Shown: positions 22,900 to 33,563 of the stretch, one piece after another
Layout of the letters: each line of letters opens with the position of its first letter
Numbering within the stretch: position 1 is the first letter of the stretch
Source of the DNA: Asterionella formosa
Taxonomy: Eukaryota
Direction: 5' to 3'
Length of the DNA: 33,563 nt
NCBI GenBank assembly: GCA_002256025.1
Contig: NKIB01000347.1
Coordinates: 1 to 33,563 of the forward strand
Notes under the pieces: generated by a model
Told to the model about the DNA's origin: nothing
Databases searched by the model: none
Seen by the model: only the letters and a program-made list of their open reading frames with translations
Made by a program: the position numbers and the translations under genes

Positions 22900-24170
22900 A
22901 GATGAAACTCCAAGTGCCTAGGAGGGCAGCAAAAGCTGCTTGTAGTGGGGCAAACCCACTATTTCTTGTCCTCCAGGCAAGACCATTTGGGACAGTAAGG
23001 AATGTGGGAGTCAACCCAACAATTGCTTCTCAAAAATGCAGGAATCGAACCACAGAACTTCAGATCAAAGACAATGCTCAACCAACTAAGCCATTCTGTG
23101 ACCATAACAACAAGTTGTATGTCTATTATAAAGTTGTGTGTATAGACTTGCACAATGATTGCTGGATGCATAACAAAGTGAAGCAAAGGTTAATTCATCG
23201 GGTTTCATGCCACTTGATTTGCCATTGTTCATTGATTTCTGTATCATTGATTATTACAGCTCATTTGCCCTAAGACTGGTGTTGTCGCAGCCACTGCCTA
23301 CAATGGCATCCAAATAGAATCTCAAGTAAATAAATCAGGCTTGATAGTGACATCCCAGTGCTCTTCAAAACTCGATCCCAAACAATTAATAAAATAAATT
23401 CTAATGCTCTAGAAGTCACCCTGCGCTTTCCCAGGAGAGCAAGAATGCTTGAGTTCATACTTACTTGATTGAGTTGACAAGTAATGTCACCTTTCTTGTC
23501 GTACGGGAATGGCTTAGTGGTGACCACACCTCATAAGATGGTTGGTTCGATTCCTGCATTCTCTACCACCTTTCTTTCTTATAGTATGTAGTCCCTAGAA
23601 TTCTGGGGATGTTGCTAACAAGGAGACAGTTCCTGTTGTACTGTATGGATAAGAAATAAAACCAGTGCTTATTGTGTCCTTTTATTTGGGCATTAGTGCG
23701 ATTATTGGATAGCTTTAATGTACTCTAATATATATTTGACATTTTTTATTGATTTCTCATCTTTGTTAGTAGATATTTTGGTTTTAGCTGGAGAAGCACC
23801 CAAGTTACACTACATCCCAGCATTTAGTTTGGCAATCAATCATGACTCCATCTCCCACAAAGGCAGCTTCAGCCTGTTTAGCTGCACAAGTAACCTTACT
23901 TCAAGCTTGAGTATCAATAGCAGCATTGTACCACCACTGTGTTCTGGGTTGTGCAAATGTCTTACCTACTACCACAAACCATCCAAGATTTCATCACAAT
24001 AATATTTCGGCTCTCTGAGCAACATCAAGATTCGACGACTTGGCATAAACGTAGAACAAAGAACTGCTGTACAACAGTGATGTCAGTTGAAATGTGGCTG
24101 ACCCAGCCAGTTTCTAAGTCCCTGGCTTCAACTTCTCTTAAAATGTCAAACAATGTCATTGATCTGTGAA
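22900..24170 (-). mobile_element. Decayed retroelement (DIRS/Ngaro-type RT-RNase H-like) relic interrupted by the SINE-like copy
   Basis: Fragmentary minus-strand motifs LGW..IDT and CDNTS; CpG-poor; no intact ORF. Confidence 0.3.
23505..23627 (+). repeat. tRNA-derived SINE-like copy with intact Pol III A and B boxes
   Basis: GGGAATGGCTTAGTGG...GGTTCGATTCC (23544-23554) TGCATTCTCTACCA. The downstream body CTAGAATTCTGGGG..GCTAACAAGGAGA resembles CTAGGATTCCAGGG..GCTGACTCAGGAGA in the 18231 copy. The 3' end is not defined. Confidence 0.75.
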
Positions 24171-24524
24171 AGCTCCGTTTAATGATATACATTCATATTT
24201 TTAGTGTTAAGAAGTGTTGTTTGACTACTCTGACTCAATATTTGCTTTTTACCCTACCTCTTATCTAGGGTTGAAAAGCAGGAAACGTAATATTGGATAG
24301 ATATATTTGCTTTCCGTCGTCGTTTCGCATTTGTTATCAATTTTATAATTGCAGAATGAGAATTCAGCAGGTTCTGTCGAGATCAAAAGTAATACACATC
24401 ATGCTGCCTCAAAGCAAAACCGCTTCTTTTTTTCCATTTTTAATGTAAATTAAATCGGCAGTTTTTTTTTAGATCATATAATAATTATTATGTCACGACG
24501 ACTATCGCTAGAGTGAAAACCATC

Positions 24525-25721
24525 ATGTCATCTCCGGAACGGGCTCTCCGTTCACCACCAATATATGCATTCCCTCCTCCATACTCCATGTGCTCTCTAG
24601 AGGAATGCACTCAGCGAGAACATGACCATGAATTAAGTGAATTCGAGTGCACTGCATCCACCTTTCGCAACGCTCCACATCAGCGCCGAATAGATGGATC
24701 GTTGGCAGTCACCAAGTATCGTCGATCGGCGGCAGGGACTCTGCAACGAGCTCCACGACGTTTCGAGCATTTAGAAATTACATGGGCCCATTTAAGGTAC
24801 ATTCTTTGTCACCAATCCCTACATTTACACCAACGACCTAAATCATTGGCATACACTGTGGCCTTTGTGGATGATCGGATCCGAGCGCTTCAAGTGGACT
24901 TGGTTGTGTTACAACTGGCGGCTCCTCGCATTCATATTCAGTTGACGCGATACCACTTGTTGGTACTGTACCTCCTGTGTCAAGCTCCACCAAACTTAGT
25001 GCAACCTAAGTTCATGCAACAAGCCTTGTGGACTGCCATGTCGGCATATTGGAAAGAATCTGATCATCATAATGGTATCCATGACGACGAACTGCTGTGC
25101 TATACTGCGTTGGTGCATGTGGCATCATTTTTATTGGCAGAACAAACATTAGGTGGCGCATGGGCCGACGCAGATGGAGGATATTCGTCCATTTTACTAA
25201 AATATCGACAGTATGTGTCATCAAAAAATACTACAAGTAGTACTAGTGGTTTGTATTCCAAATTCAACCTCGCCCTTGACATTGCCAGTGCAGCTCAGGC
25301 AGGATACTATCGACATTTGATGGTTTTCCTCACAAAAGAAAATGTATCTCCATTTTCAATACTATGTCGCCTTTGTATGGCACCCGCCCTTCCTGTCATA
25401 CGACTCCAGTTACTTCAACAATACAACAAGGCTTGGATGAAACGAGAAAAAGTGTCTGGAGTAGAAATGGCTCGATTGCTGTTCTTGCCGTCGCCTCAAG
25501 CTGCCATTGAATTTTGTGTCACATGTGGTGTCCCAATGGAAGGTGACAAGCTCATTCTCAAGGCAGCTCCAATTGTAATACCGCCTGGGCATGTATTGAC
25601 ATTGACCAGGAATGAAGATGATTTTATCTTTGGTCATTCAATAGCTGGAAGACATGATGAAGATGGCATTATGATCCCTTCTGCAAATTTCATCAAAAAG
25701 GTTATCTTGAATGATGAATAA
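24525..25721 (+). CDS. SAC3/GANP/THP3 family (PCI-fold) protein, short SAC3D1-like form, ~398 aa
   Basis: MCSLEE..RE, AVTKYRRSAAG, L..T..HL and FVDDRIRALQVDLVVLQ match SAC3_GANP motifs. First ATG at 24525. Confidence 0.85.
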   Translation: MSSPERALRSPPIYAFPPPYSMCSLEECTQREHDHELSEFECTASTFRNAPHQRRIDGSLAVTKYRRSAAGTLQRAPRRFEHLEITWAHLRYILCHQSLHLHQRPKSLAYTVAFVDDRIRALQVDLVVLQLAAPRIHIQLTRYHLLVLYLLCQAPPNLVQPKFMQQALWTAMSAYWKESDHHNGIHDDELLCYTALVHVASFLLAEQTLGGAWADADGGYSSILLKYRQYVSSKNTTSSTSGLYSKFNLALDIASAAQAGYYRHLMVFLTKENVSPFSILCRLCMAPALPVIRLQLLQQYNKAWMKREKVSGVEMARLLFLPSPQAAIEFCVTCGVPMEGDKLILKAAPIVIPPGHVLTLTRNEDDFIFGHSIAGRHDEDGIMIPSANFIKKVILNDE

Positions 25722-26444
25722 CATGAATGTTATGGCAAAACAATTGATGGTGATACAAAAGGAGGTAGTAAACTATGCTATAGTATAGTGGTGCCCTTTT
25801 GGACAAATATGTATCCTGATTGCATGAGGTTCATATTCTGGTATGACTATCAATTTTGTATTGGATTAGAAATAGTATATTTACAAATGCAGGATGACTG
25901 TGGTGCTCCATGGGCCATAAGATTGGGAGATGGAAGTGAGTATGGAGGTCAGTCCCTCATGTAGCTAGTAGTAGGTGGAGGATTAGTATAATGTGTCATC
26001 ATGCTATTGGGATTTTCTAGCGATATCCTCATTTGGTGGGCCTGTGAAATGTTTTTGTGGCCTGGCCCTAATGTCTATCAACTGCTGGCAGAATATTAAG
26101 AAGATGAATGTACATATTCATACGGATATTCATACCGGAATATATATATATATTGTCACCGGTACCAGTGCTAAAAGAGATCATTTACAAAACTTGAGAA
26201 TATAAATAATATAATAAAAATACGTTGTATATACAGTACTTATCCTAACACTTTTTAGTGGGTATATACAGTCGTGCTGTCTGTACTAATATTGACGGGA
26301 TCGTCATCGGATGTGGTTCATCCACATTTTGGCTTTCTGATTTACAAGAAAAACACACGTCGCCTTTTTCCCAATCGTCGCAGTTCATGAACCGACGAAT
26401 TATCATATTAGTTCCATAGCAACAACGTGGATGACAGTAACTGG

Positions 26445-26462
26445 ATCATCATCATCATCATC
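26445..26462 (+). repeat. (ATC)6 microsatellite just upstream of the GH81 ATG
   Basis: Directly visible; ATG at 26466. Confidence 0.85.
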
Positions 26463-26465
26463 ATT

Positions 26466-29316
26466 ATGATGGAAGACTACGAAACAAGAATTCCAGTGAC
26501 CATTGTCACTGCGATCTTTCTCAGTGCGCTCATTCTCTTGTTGACACCGCCGATCCAGCATACACCGCCTTTCCGCGAGAAGCTAATGGATGCAGAGGCG
26601 TCCACATCGTCTGTCATTAAATTTCCAATTGTAAATCGTGCAGACTACAATGATCCAGCGTCAGGAATTGTCAACCTAGACTTGTTTGATTCAGCACTCC
26701 TTGGAAGCGGCGACTCTGTCCTTGTGGTCCCCTTCCCCACGGGGGCCTTTTGGACCAATTTCGTCGTGGATCCAGATCCAGATGGACTGTCCTACCCCAT
26801 TGTTACATACCCTTTTGCCTACAAGTGGAAAGACCAACTATTGCAAGTATCCTACCCAGCCCTACGGCGACGCGTTGATGTTCTATCCATCATCGACACG
26901 TTCAATCCGGATGTCACCTTTGGATCTGTTGAATCCATGTCCAGACGAACCATTTTGGCTTTTGATCCGCTCAGTCTCACGATTCGGTATGCTACTGACA
27001 GCGATGATGCTAGTTGGGACACCTATCTGGTGCATGGATCCCCATACATTACCGCCAAGTACATGGAAACTACCCCACTGCTCACCACCTTATCTATATT
27101 CAACAAGGTCATGTGCTCTACTGGCGCTAGTTACCAAGATGGGGACAGTACATTTAAAGCTTTTGCAGCAAAGAAGTTAACATGGAGCGATTGTGCAACT
27201 CCATCGTCGGTACGTGACCTATAGTCAAAGATGGAGGTGATTTCCCCTACGTTTCTCCCTGTGGCTGACCCACTCACTTATGCGTTCGTTCGTTACACAC
27301 ACATCACAAAAATAGAACGTTTCGAAAGAAATGACAACACCCAAGGGCGTGCAATTCCTCGTACAAACACAAGAAGAGTTAACATGGATCCTTTTTGCAT
27401 CGGAACCAGTAGCACTCACATTTGACAGTGACCGAAGGACAAGTATCAGCACCAATGAACCATTCACAGGTATCCTGCGTCTAACGTTGATCCCACCAAC
27501 AGATTCCACCCAGGACGATGTTTCGCTGATGCAAAAAGTATCAGAATCATCGGGAGTCAAACGATTGGTATATCATGCCAATGAGTATCCTATCCGTGGT
27601 GACGTTTCGTGGAAATTTATGAAAACAAACATTGGGACCATTTATTTTCAATTTTCCACCATGAAAATGACGACCATGACAGGACAACAAATGGACACAT
27701 TACTCATGTTAGGTTTGCCACATCATGCTGAACTTCTGAAATCGTCTATAATTCTCAATGAATTTGATATAGAGTATCTATGCATCAAAGGTCTCATGAC
27801 GCCGGTGATTGGATCAACGTGGTCTTATGAGGAGCCGCTCACATCTGTTGGAATTGATGCAACAGAAATGACCAAGCCAGTAGATACGCAAGTGAAGAAA
27901 ATAATCATGGAATCGGTACAGAAGGACCTCTATATTGTTTTACCAATTCAGTCTGAAGATATTTATGGATATGGAAAGCAAATTGCTCGACTGGCCAATC
28001 TTGCTCATATCGCAAGTGAAATGACAAAAAGTACTATTAACGATGGAACCCAGGGTACAGATGAGTCATACTTTGATTTACTTTCCGATGCTACAGAAAA
28101 GTTGTTCTCCTATCTTCGGCTGCTTCTAGACAGCATTGTTACTGATCATCTTTTGTATGACGTGCAGTTTGGAGGTATTGTCAGCAAGAATGGATTGATG
28201 AATCAGCATGATGATTTTGGAAATGGGCGCTACAATGATCACCACTTTCACTATGGATACACACTTTATGCTTGCGCCATAATGGGATCCTTGAACGCTA
28301 CCTTTGTCACCGAATATGGCGCCTTAGTTGACAATCTCATGTACGATGTTGCCCACCAGGGCGACACGTCCTTCTTTCCTATTGCACGTCACAAATCCTG
28401 GTTCGACAGTCATTCATTTGCTTCGGGTTTATTTCCATTTTCCGACGGCAAGTCACAAGAGAGCTCAAGTGAAGCTGTCAATTGCTACTTTGGTGCTTAT
28501 TTGTGGTCCACGGTACGCCAGTACAGCAACGATGTAGAAGAACAAAACTCGATTGACTTTTCAAGGTTGTTGCTCGCCACTGAAATTAGAGGAGCCCAAA
28601 CATATTGGCATATGACCCCTCAAGATACGGCAAAGAGATTATCAAGAACTACACCTATTTACGTCGATAAATTTGCACAAAATTACATGGTAGGCAATTT
28701 GGGCATGATCGACGCCGTAAGCTCGACGTGGTTTGGTAACGATCCACTTTACGTTCACATGATTAATTTTTTACCCGTCACCGCAATCACCTACGAACTC
28801 TTTGATAAGGCATTTGTCGAGGAAGAGTACATAAAGGTTATTCAGCCTATCAATGAGGTTCCTAATGCATGGAAGGGATACACTTTGTGCGATGAAGCCA
28901 TTCTCGAACCATCTATTGCATGGGACAAGGCGCAGGCCTTGTTCAGTGGCGAGTTGGACTCTGCGATCAGTAAAAGTCAAATATTGTATTGGATTAGCCG
29001 TCACCAGGATTTCGTCTACGTTGGTAGTGATGCTGGTGAAAGTGCCGATGCCGGTGTTGACTCTCTATCTGCGTCATATTGTGAGAACAACAAGGGATGC
29101 GTCTCACTAGGTCTATCTGGATTGTGTTGCCCCACTTCAGGAGGCGTTTCTTTGGGTTGCTGCAACTCGAATGAAGATAAAGAGTCCTCAACGACGGATC
29201 ACAACACAACGGACCACTCGGTTTCTTGCGAGACAAATCTCCAGTGCGCAACTCTTGGCCTCACCGGCTCTTGCTGTCCGACTAACTTTGGTGTTATGCT
29301 AGGGTGTTGCAATTAG
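26466..29316 (+). CDS. Glycoside hydrolase family 81 endo-beta-1,3-glucanase with N-terminal signal/anchor and two C-terminal Cys-rich modules; exons 26466-27209, 27316-29316 (914 aa)
   Basis: PFPTGAFWTN, LVHGSPYIT, YGYGKQIARLA, DFGNGRYNDHHFHYGY, RHKSWFDSHSFASG and the catalytic QESSSEA motif. Intron GTACGT 27210..TAG 27315, phase 0. Confidence 0.95.
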
Positions 29317-29544
29317 ACTTCACTAGTGTTGCGTTTTCACTTGAGAAATCATTCTTGCGTTGACCTGCTGAGCGAATTGTATCAACGTACTTTTCCCACT
29401 TGAAGCAACGGTACATAGTGTTGATCTTATTGTGCAACAGAAGCAAAAGTAAACATGATACATCAAATCACTTTGGTACAACTTTGCAAAGTTAAAGCAT
29501 CTATAGTCATTATATGATTGATTTGCCAACCGAAAACCCAGGCA

Positions 29545-30933
29545 CTACTTTGGAAGGCAGAGTGGGCCGCATTTTGGGTCGCATATTAGCTCACCAAAAT
29601 GCACCTTTAGTTTACCCTCACTAATTTTCAACCAATCGCAGAGCTTGGGAGGAACAAATCCAGTCAAGTTATTACCCGACATTGCCCGCTATTTCCATCA
29701 ACAAGGTCCAAAGGAATCGGCCCCGAGATTCGATTGTCTCGAAGGTCGAGAACATCAAGGAACAAATCACCTATGCCAATTGGGATGCTGCCTGTAGGCT
29801 GGTTTCCATGCAGTATAACTTCACTCAGTGCTGTGCATTTTCCAAGTGATGCGGTGATGATTCCCTCGAGTTTGTTATTGTGTAGATTGATAACATGGCC
29901 AAACTTTGCGGGGATGCTGCGATGAAAGTAGTTTTGGGACATGTCCAAGAAATACAGGTCGCTCTATGCTCCAGTTTCGTTGGGAATGGTTCCGATGAGT
30001 GAGTTCGAATGGAGCCGTAGCATTCGAAGTCGGGTCAACTGGCCGATTCCCGGGGGAACGGTATCAGTGAAATTGTTAGAGTTCATCGCTAGGGAAGTAA
30101 GCGCAACAAGATTCACAAGCCCTGAAGAAATACGTCCAGTCAAGATATTCATATTCAATGTTAGGTAATTCAGATCTAAATGGGTTTAGAACGGAAAGGG
30201 AATAGTACCCGTCAGTCGGTTGAGCTCGAAATCAATCGTTTCAATTTTTTCAAGTCGACCAATGGCGCTTGGCAAAGGCCCAGACAATTTATTCCAAGAA
30301 AGCGAGAGAACCTTGAGATTAGTGAGATAACATATTTGCGATGGGATTATTCCTGTCAAATGGTTCTGAGCTTTGGAAAGGTATCGGAGATTCGTCATGG
30401 TCGGAATGCTACCTTCACTTTTAGTCATCTTTTGTAGATGCTTGGGACATACGTCAAAAAGTTGGTTGCCACTCAAGTCAATAATCCAAAGTAGACGAGG
30501 AAGCAGCAGCGAAACCTCGATAGGAAGTTCACCAATCAAGGAGTTTTGTCTCATTCCAGCCCATATAATATTACTTTCCAGGTCGCAAGCACTCGTGCTG
30601 CTGGTAAATGCTCATGTCCATTCGTCGACACTTGTCATCCACCCTGTTTGTTTCGGCCAAGACCAGCATGGCTTGACACTCCGTATCCAATGCAATCGAC
30701 ACTGCGGGAAATTCAAGACCCTGTTCGGGACTAGGTAGATTATTCAACGTTTCTTCAGCAAGACACTTCAGCACATCAAGTTTCAAACTTCGGCGTCGTA
30801 ACGCTACTGATGTGCTTATTTTACTGTCAACATTCTTCGCACCATATGTCTTGTCGTTACCATTAATTTCGCTCGTCATGCTCGCATAATCCTTGCCAAT
30901 AGATTTTCGTACCATGTTTTTTTCTTTCACCAC
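29545..30933 (-). pseudogene. Pseudogene of an LRR receptor-like protein (same family as 19567-22771)
   Basis: ORFs 30186-30554, 29964-30158 and 29664-29948 share one frame and are broken by TAA/TAG. A frameshift near 29690 leads into the C-cap NNLTGFVPPKLCD...ICDPKCGPLC and TAG at 29545. Eroded N-cap SPEQGLEF..HEC/CDLESN; no TM segment after RRRS. Confidence 0.85.
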
Positions 30934-33246
30934 GAGCTTCAGAAGTATTCGTAACTATAAGATTGTCATGTCGCATGTCTGCTCGATTTGGCAAAAGGGG
31001 ACAATCAAATATTGATGTTTTATCGTGTTCCGTGATTTGTCGCTGTGTGGTGTCGACGGGGCGACCGATAGATAATTGTGATCCTATGATGTAAGTATGT
31101 CTAATCAACGCTTTTTTATGTCTTGGGGAAGAGTCTTAAGAAACAAATTTGGGCAGGATTTTCTCATTGGATTAGCCGCTGACTGCGGTATGAAACTCTT
31201 TGGTGAAGCGGTTGGTGAAGTGTCATGGTGACATGAACTCGGCCCTGATAAACCAAAATAACAAGCGAATTCCTTTGTTCAGCCTGAAATCAAGACAACA
31301 ATAGTGGTCCAAGCCGATGCCAGCAGAGTTATAGAGCACTTGGTTTATGGAATTCCGAAGGGTCAAGCACATATTTTTTCGGTGAACAGTGTCCAGGAAT
31401 TGGAGGGGGCCCACATTAGAATCTCGACTCACTCATTGAAAACTCAACAGTCGCATTAGAACCTGTGTCGAATGAAAAAATGTGTAACTAACAACGCTCA
31501 GCACACTTTCTTCTTTCCTGAGAGCTTTGCAAAAATTATTATTACTTTTTTAATCCAAACGGAACAAGGATCAAAAGAACATATCCTTCGATTGCGAGAC
31601 GACCAATTCGAACCAACTGTACTACAGGTGTACGAACATACTTCTGTAAGTCGACCGAATGTCCGGAGTCGTGATCGAGCATTGCTGCAGCAATAGCTCA
31701 GGTCGGCTTCTTAAGCCGAAGACGCCAGTCGAAATTATGCACATCCAGTGCCCACTTTCTTGTCATACGCTCGCGAATTTATGGTCATCAGGTCGCAATG
31801 ATCCCATTGCGGTCCTGACGTTTCTTTGTGGTTCCTCAAACTCGTTTCTTTCTTTTGGCTTTCTCAACTACACTCCACTAGTGTATGAAGGCTTCCAAGT
31901 CCAAGGAAACACGCAAAACGACAGGGACAATGACATGGTCGAAAAAACCCAAAAAAGCGACCACGTGACAAAATGACTCAAGGAAGATACTGCAGGGAGA
32001 ACCCACCCAGCAATCAACCAATAAATGTGCATCAACCAAGCACATACTAACAACTACAACTACAATAGCAGACCCCAAGGAATAAGTGCAAACAGCACCA
32101 ACTTTCCAGGCAATGCAACAAAAAACAACAGTCGGAAGTACAACAACAAACCAATGACCACTCTTGGTTTTACTTTCAACCCAACTGATGCGGCTTAACC
32201 CCATCACAAACTACATGAGACCATGCCACCATGGACTCAATACAACCGACACCAATGTCTTTCCTTGTATATTGTTCACGCAACAATCAAACATATTACG
32301 AAAGTCCAACAAACCAAAACCAACAACAATTGTTGTTTTCACTTTCAATCACAAAACTGCGGCCAACACCAGTGGCCACACACACAATCAGAGCAGCCAA
32401 CACGCACTCACTCCAATCTGAATGCCTGCCATGCTATACAACTGATTAGTTTTCAAAACACAACAACCAACCAACAGCAAACAATCGGACAAAAAATGTT
32501 TTGCTATCAATACACCGTTTTTTCTCCAAAACCGGAGAGAGGAACCTATTTACAGATCAGATAGTACGATCTACACCACACATATGGGCATACACAAATG
32601 CCACTCAACCTAGCTTGGAACCAGTTTTTTCACACCCATAACAGCATAATTTCTAAACAAACCAAAACCAAACATTTCAACCCAAACCATTTTGTTTCAA
32701 TCCAAACATCTCACGAACTTAAGTTGGTAGTGCACCTACACCTACAACAGCCATCGTCACCTAGCCTATGGCACTACAAAATATTGCAATATAGGCTGCT
32801 ATAAGGAAAAGCATCAACTGCCAATAAGTAATTATATGTCATGGTAATCACAACAAACAACCATGTGTACATACAGCCTGTCTACTACTAGTATGCCCGC
32901 ATATACATTTATGGCAAGTTTAGATGAATATTCATTCTTTCTTTACTATACTAACCCCGCAACTTCAACATATCATTAGCTTTAGATGCTAGACAAGCAA
33001 TTATGTCAATATATAAAATATTCGACAAATGACTTTAGTATAAATATCAACACAATATACATATTAACCAATACACCAATATGTCCAGAGTATAGCACCC
33101 CAAAAAAACACAACCAGTTTTAACGAAACACACTATATTTTCCTACCATAAACAAAACAAACTTAACTCACTCATAATTCCTAAACTTGGAATTGTCTAT
33201 ATAGCCGAAAGAAAACAAAAACAAAAAACAACCCACACGAAGCACC

Positions 33247-33563
33247 ATGATGCTTCCACCAGCCAATCAGCTCGTTGCCACAGCCCCCGCCACCAGCAAC
33301 CACCAAAACCCAATGCTCAAACGTTACCAGACGCTCCACAACTTGTTTCACACATCCAACCTCACTGCATCTCAAAAAGCTACCCTACAAACAAGTCTTG
33401 TCAATGCATCCTACCAACCAACCGAGACTCCACCAAGACACCCTGATGGAACCTACAACCTGGACCACCCTTTTGCATCTTTTTTCCAAGCTCCAACACT
33501 TGAAGAAAAAACCGAATCCCTTCGTCATGCCGAAGCCATCCTTGTCATCACCCATGATAACAA
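33247..33563 (+). CDS. 5' part of an ORF running off the window (MMLPPANQLVATAPATS...), unknown product, possibly retroelement ORF1
   Basis: 105 open codons from ATG 33247 to the window end with no stop, in strongly C/A-skewed DNA. Confidence 0.45.
   Translation, partial: MMLPPANQLVATAPATSNHQNPMLKRYQTLHNLFHTSNLTASQKATLQTSLVNASYQPTETPPRHPDGTYNLDHPFASFFQAPTLEEKTESLRHAEAILVITHDN

Noticed and set aside
23505..23568. Functional tRNA gene (CTCATAA suggests Met; ends ..TACCA)
   Set aside because: The D and anticodon stems do not pair properly, it is too short, and related copies differ in the anticodon region while sharing downstream non-tRNA sequence. A SINE-like repeat fits better.
29664..30554. 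Stop-codon readthrough or alternative genetic code in the LRR frame
   Set aside because: Intact genes here end in TAA/TAG, and the locus also has a frameshift and deletions, so pseudogenisation is simpler.

Overview
Eukaryotic nuclear DNA, most likely a diatom (inferred from GT-AG introns of 76-262 nt and gene families typical of diatoms). I see six apparently intact genes: two paralogous 3-exon genes for polytopic membrane proteins with an internal NLYFxxW duplication (4084-5311, 13002-14308), a HEATR3/Syo1-like protein (minus strand), a type II single-pass LRR receptor-like protein (19567-22771), a SAC3/GANP-family protein, and a GH81 endo-beta-1,3-glucanase ending in two tandem 6-Cys modules. 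There are also two LRR pseudogenes. The intergenic DNA is filled with decayed transposons (IS630/Tc1-mariner-like, piggyBac, PIF/Harbinger, probably DIRS-type), some strongly CpG-depleted. The most novel-looking signals are a tRNA-derived SINE-like repeat present 3-4 times, the Cys-rich module on the GH81, and the LRR-receptor/GH81 neighbourhood. All family calls come from motif recognition by eye; no database searches were run.
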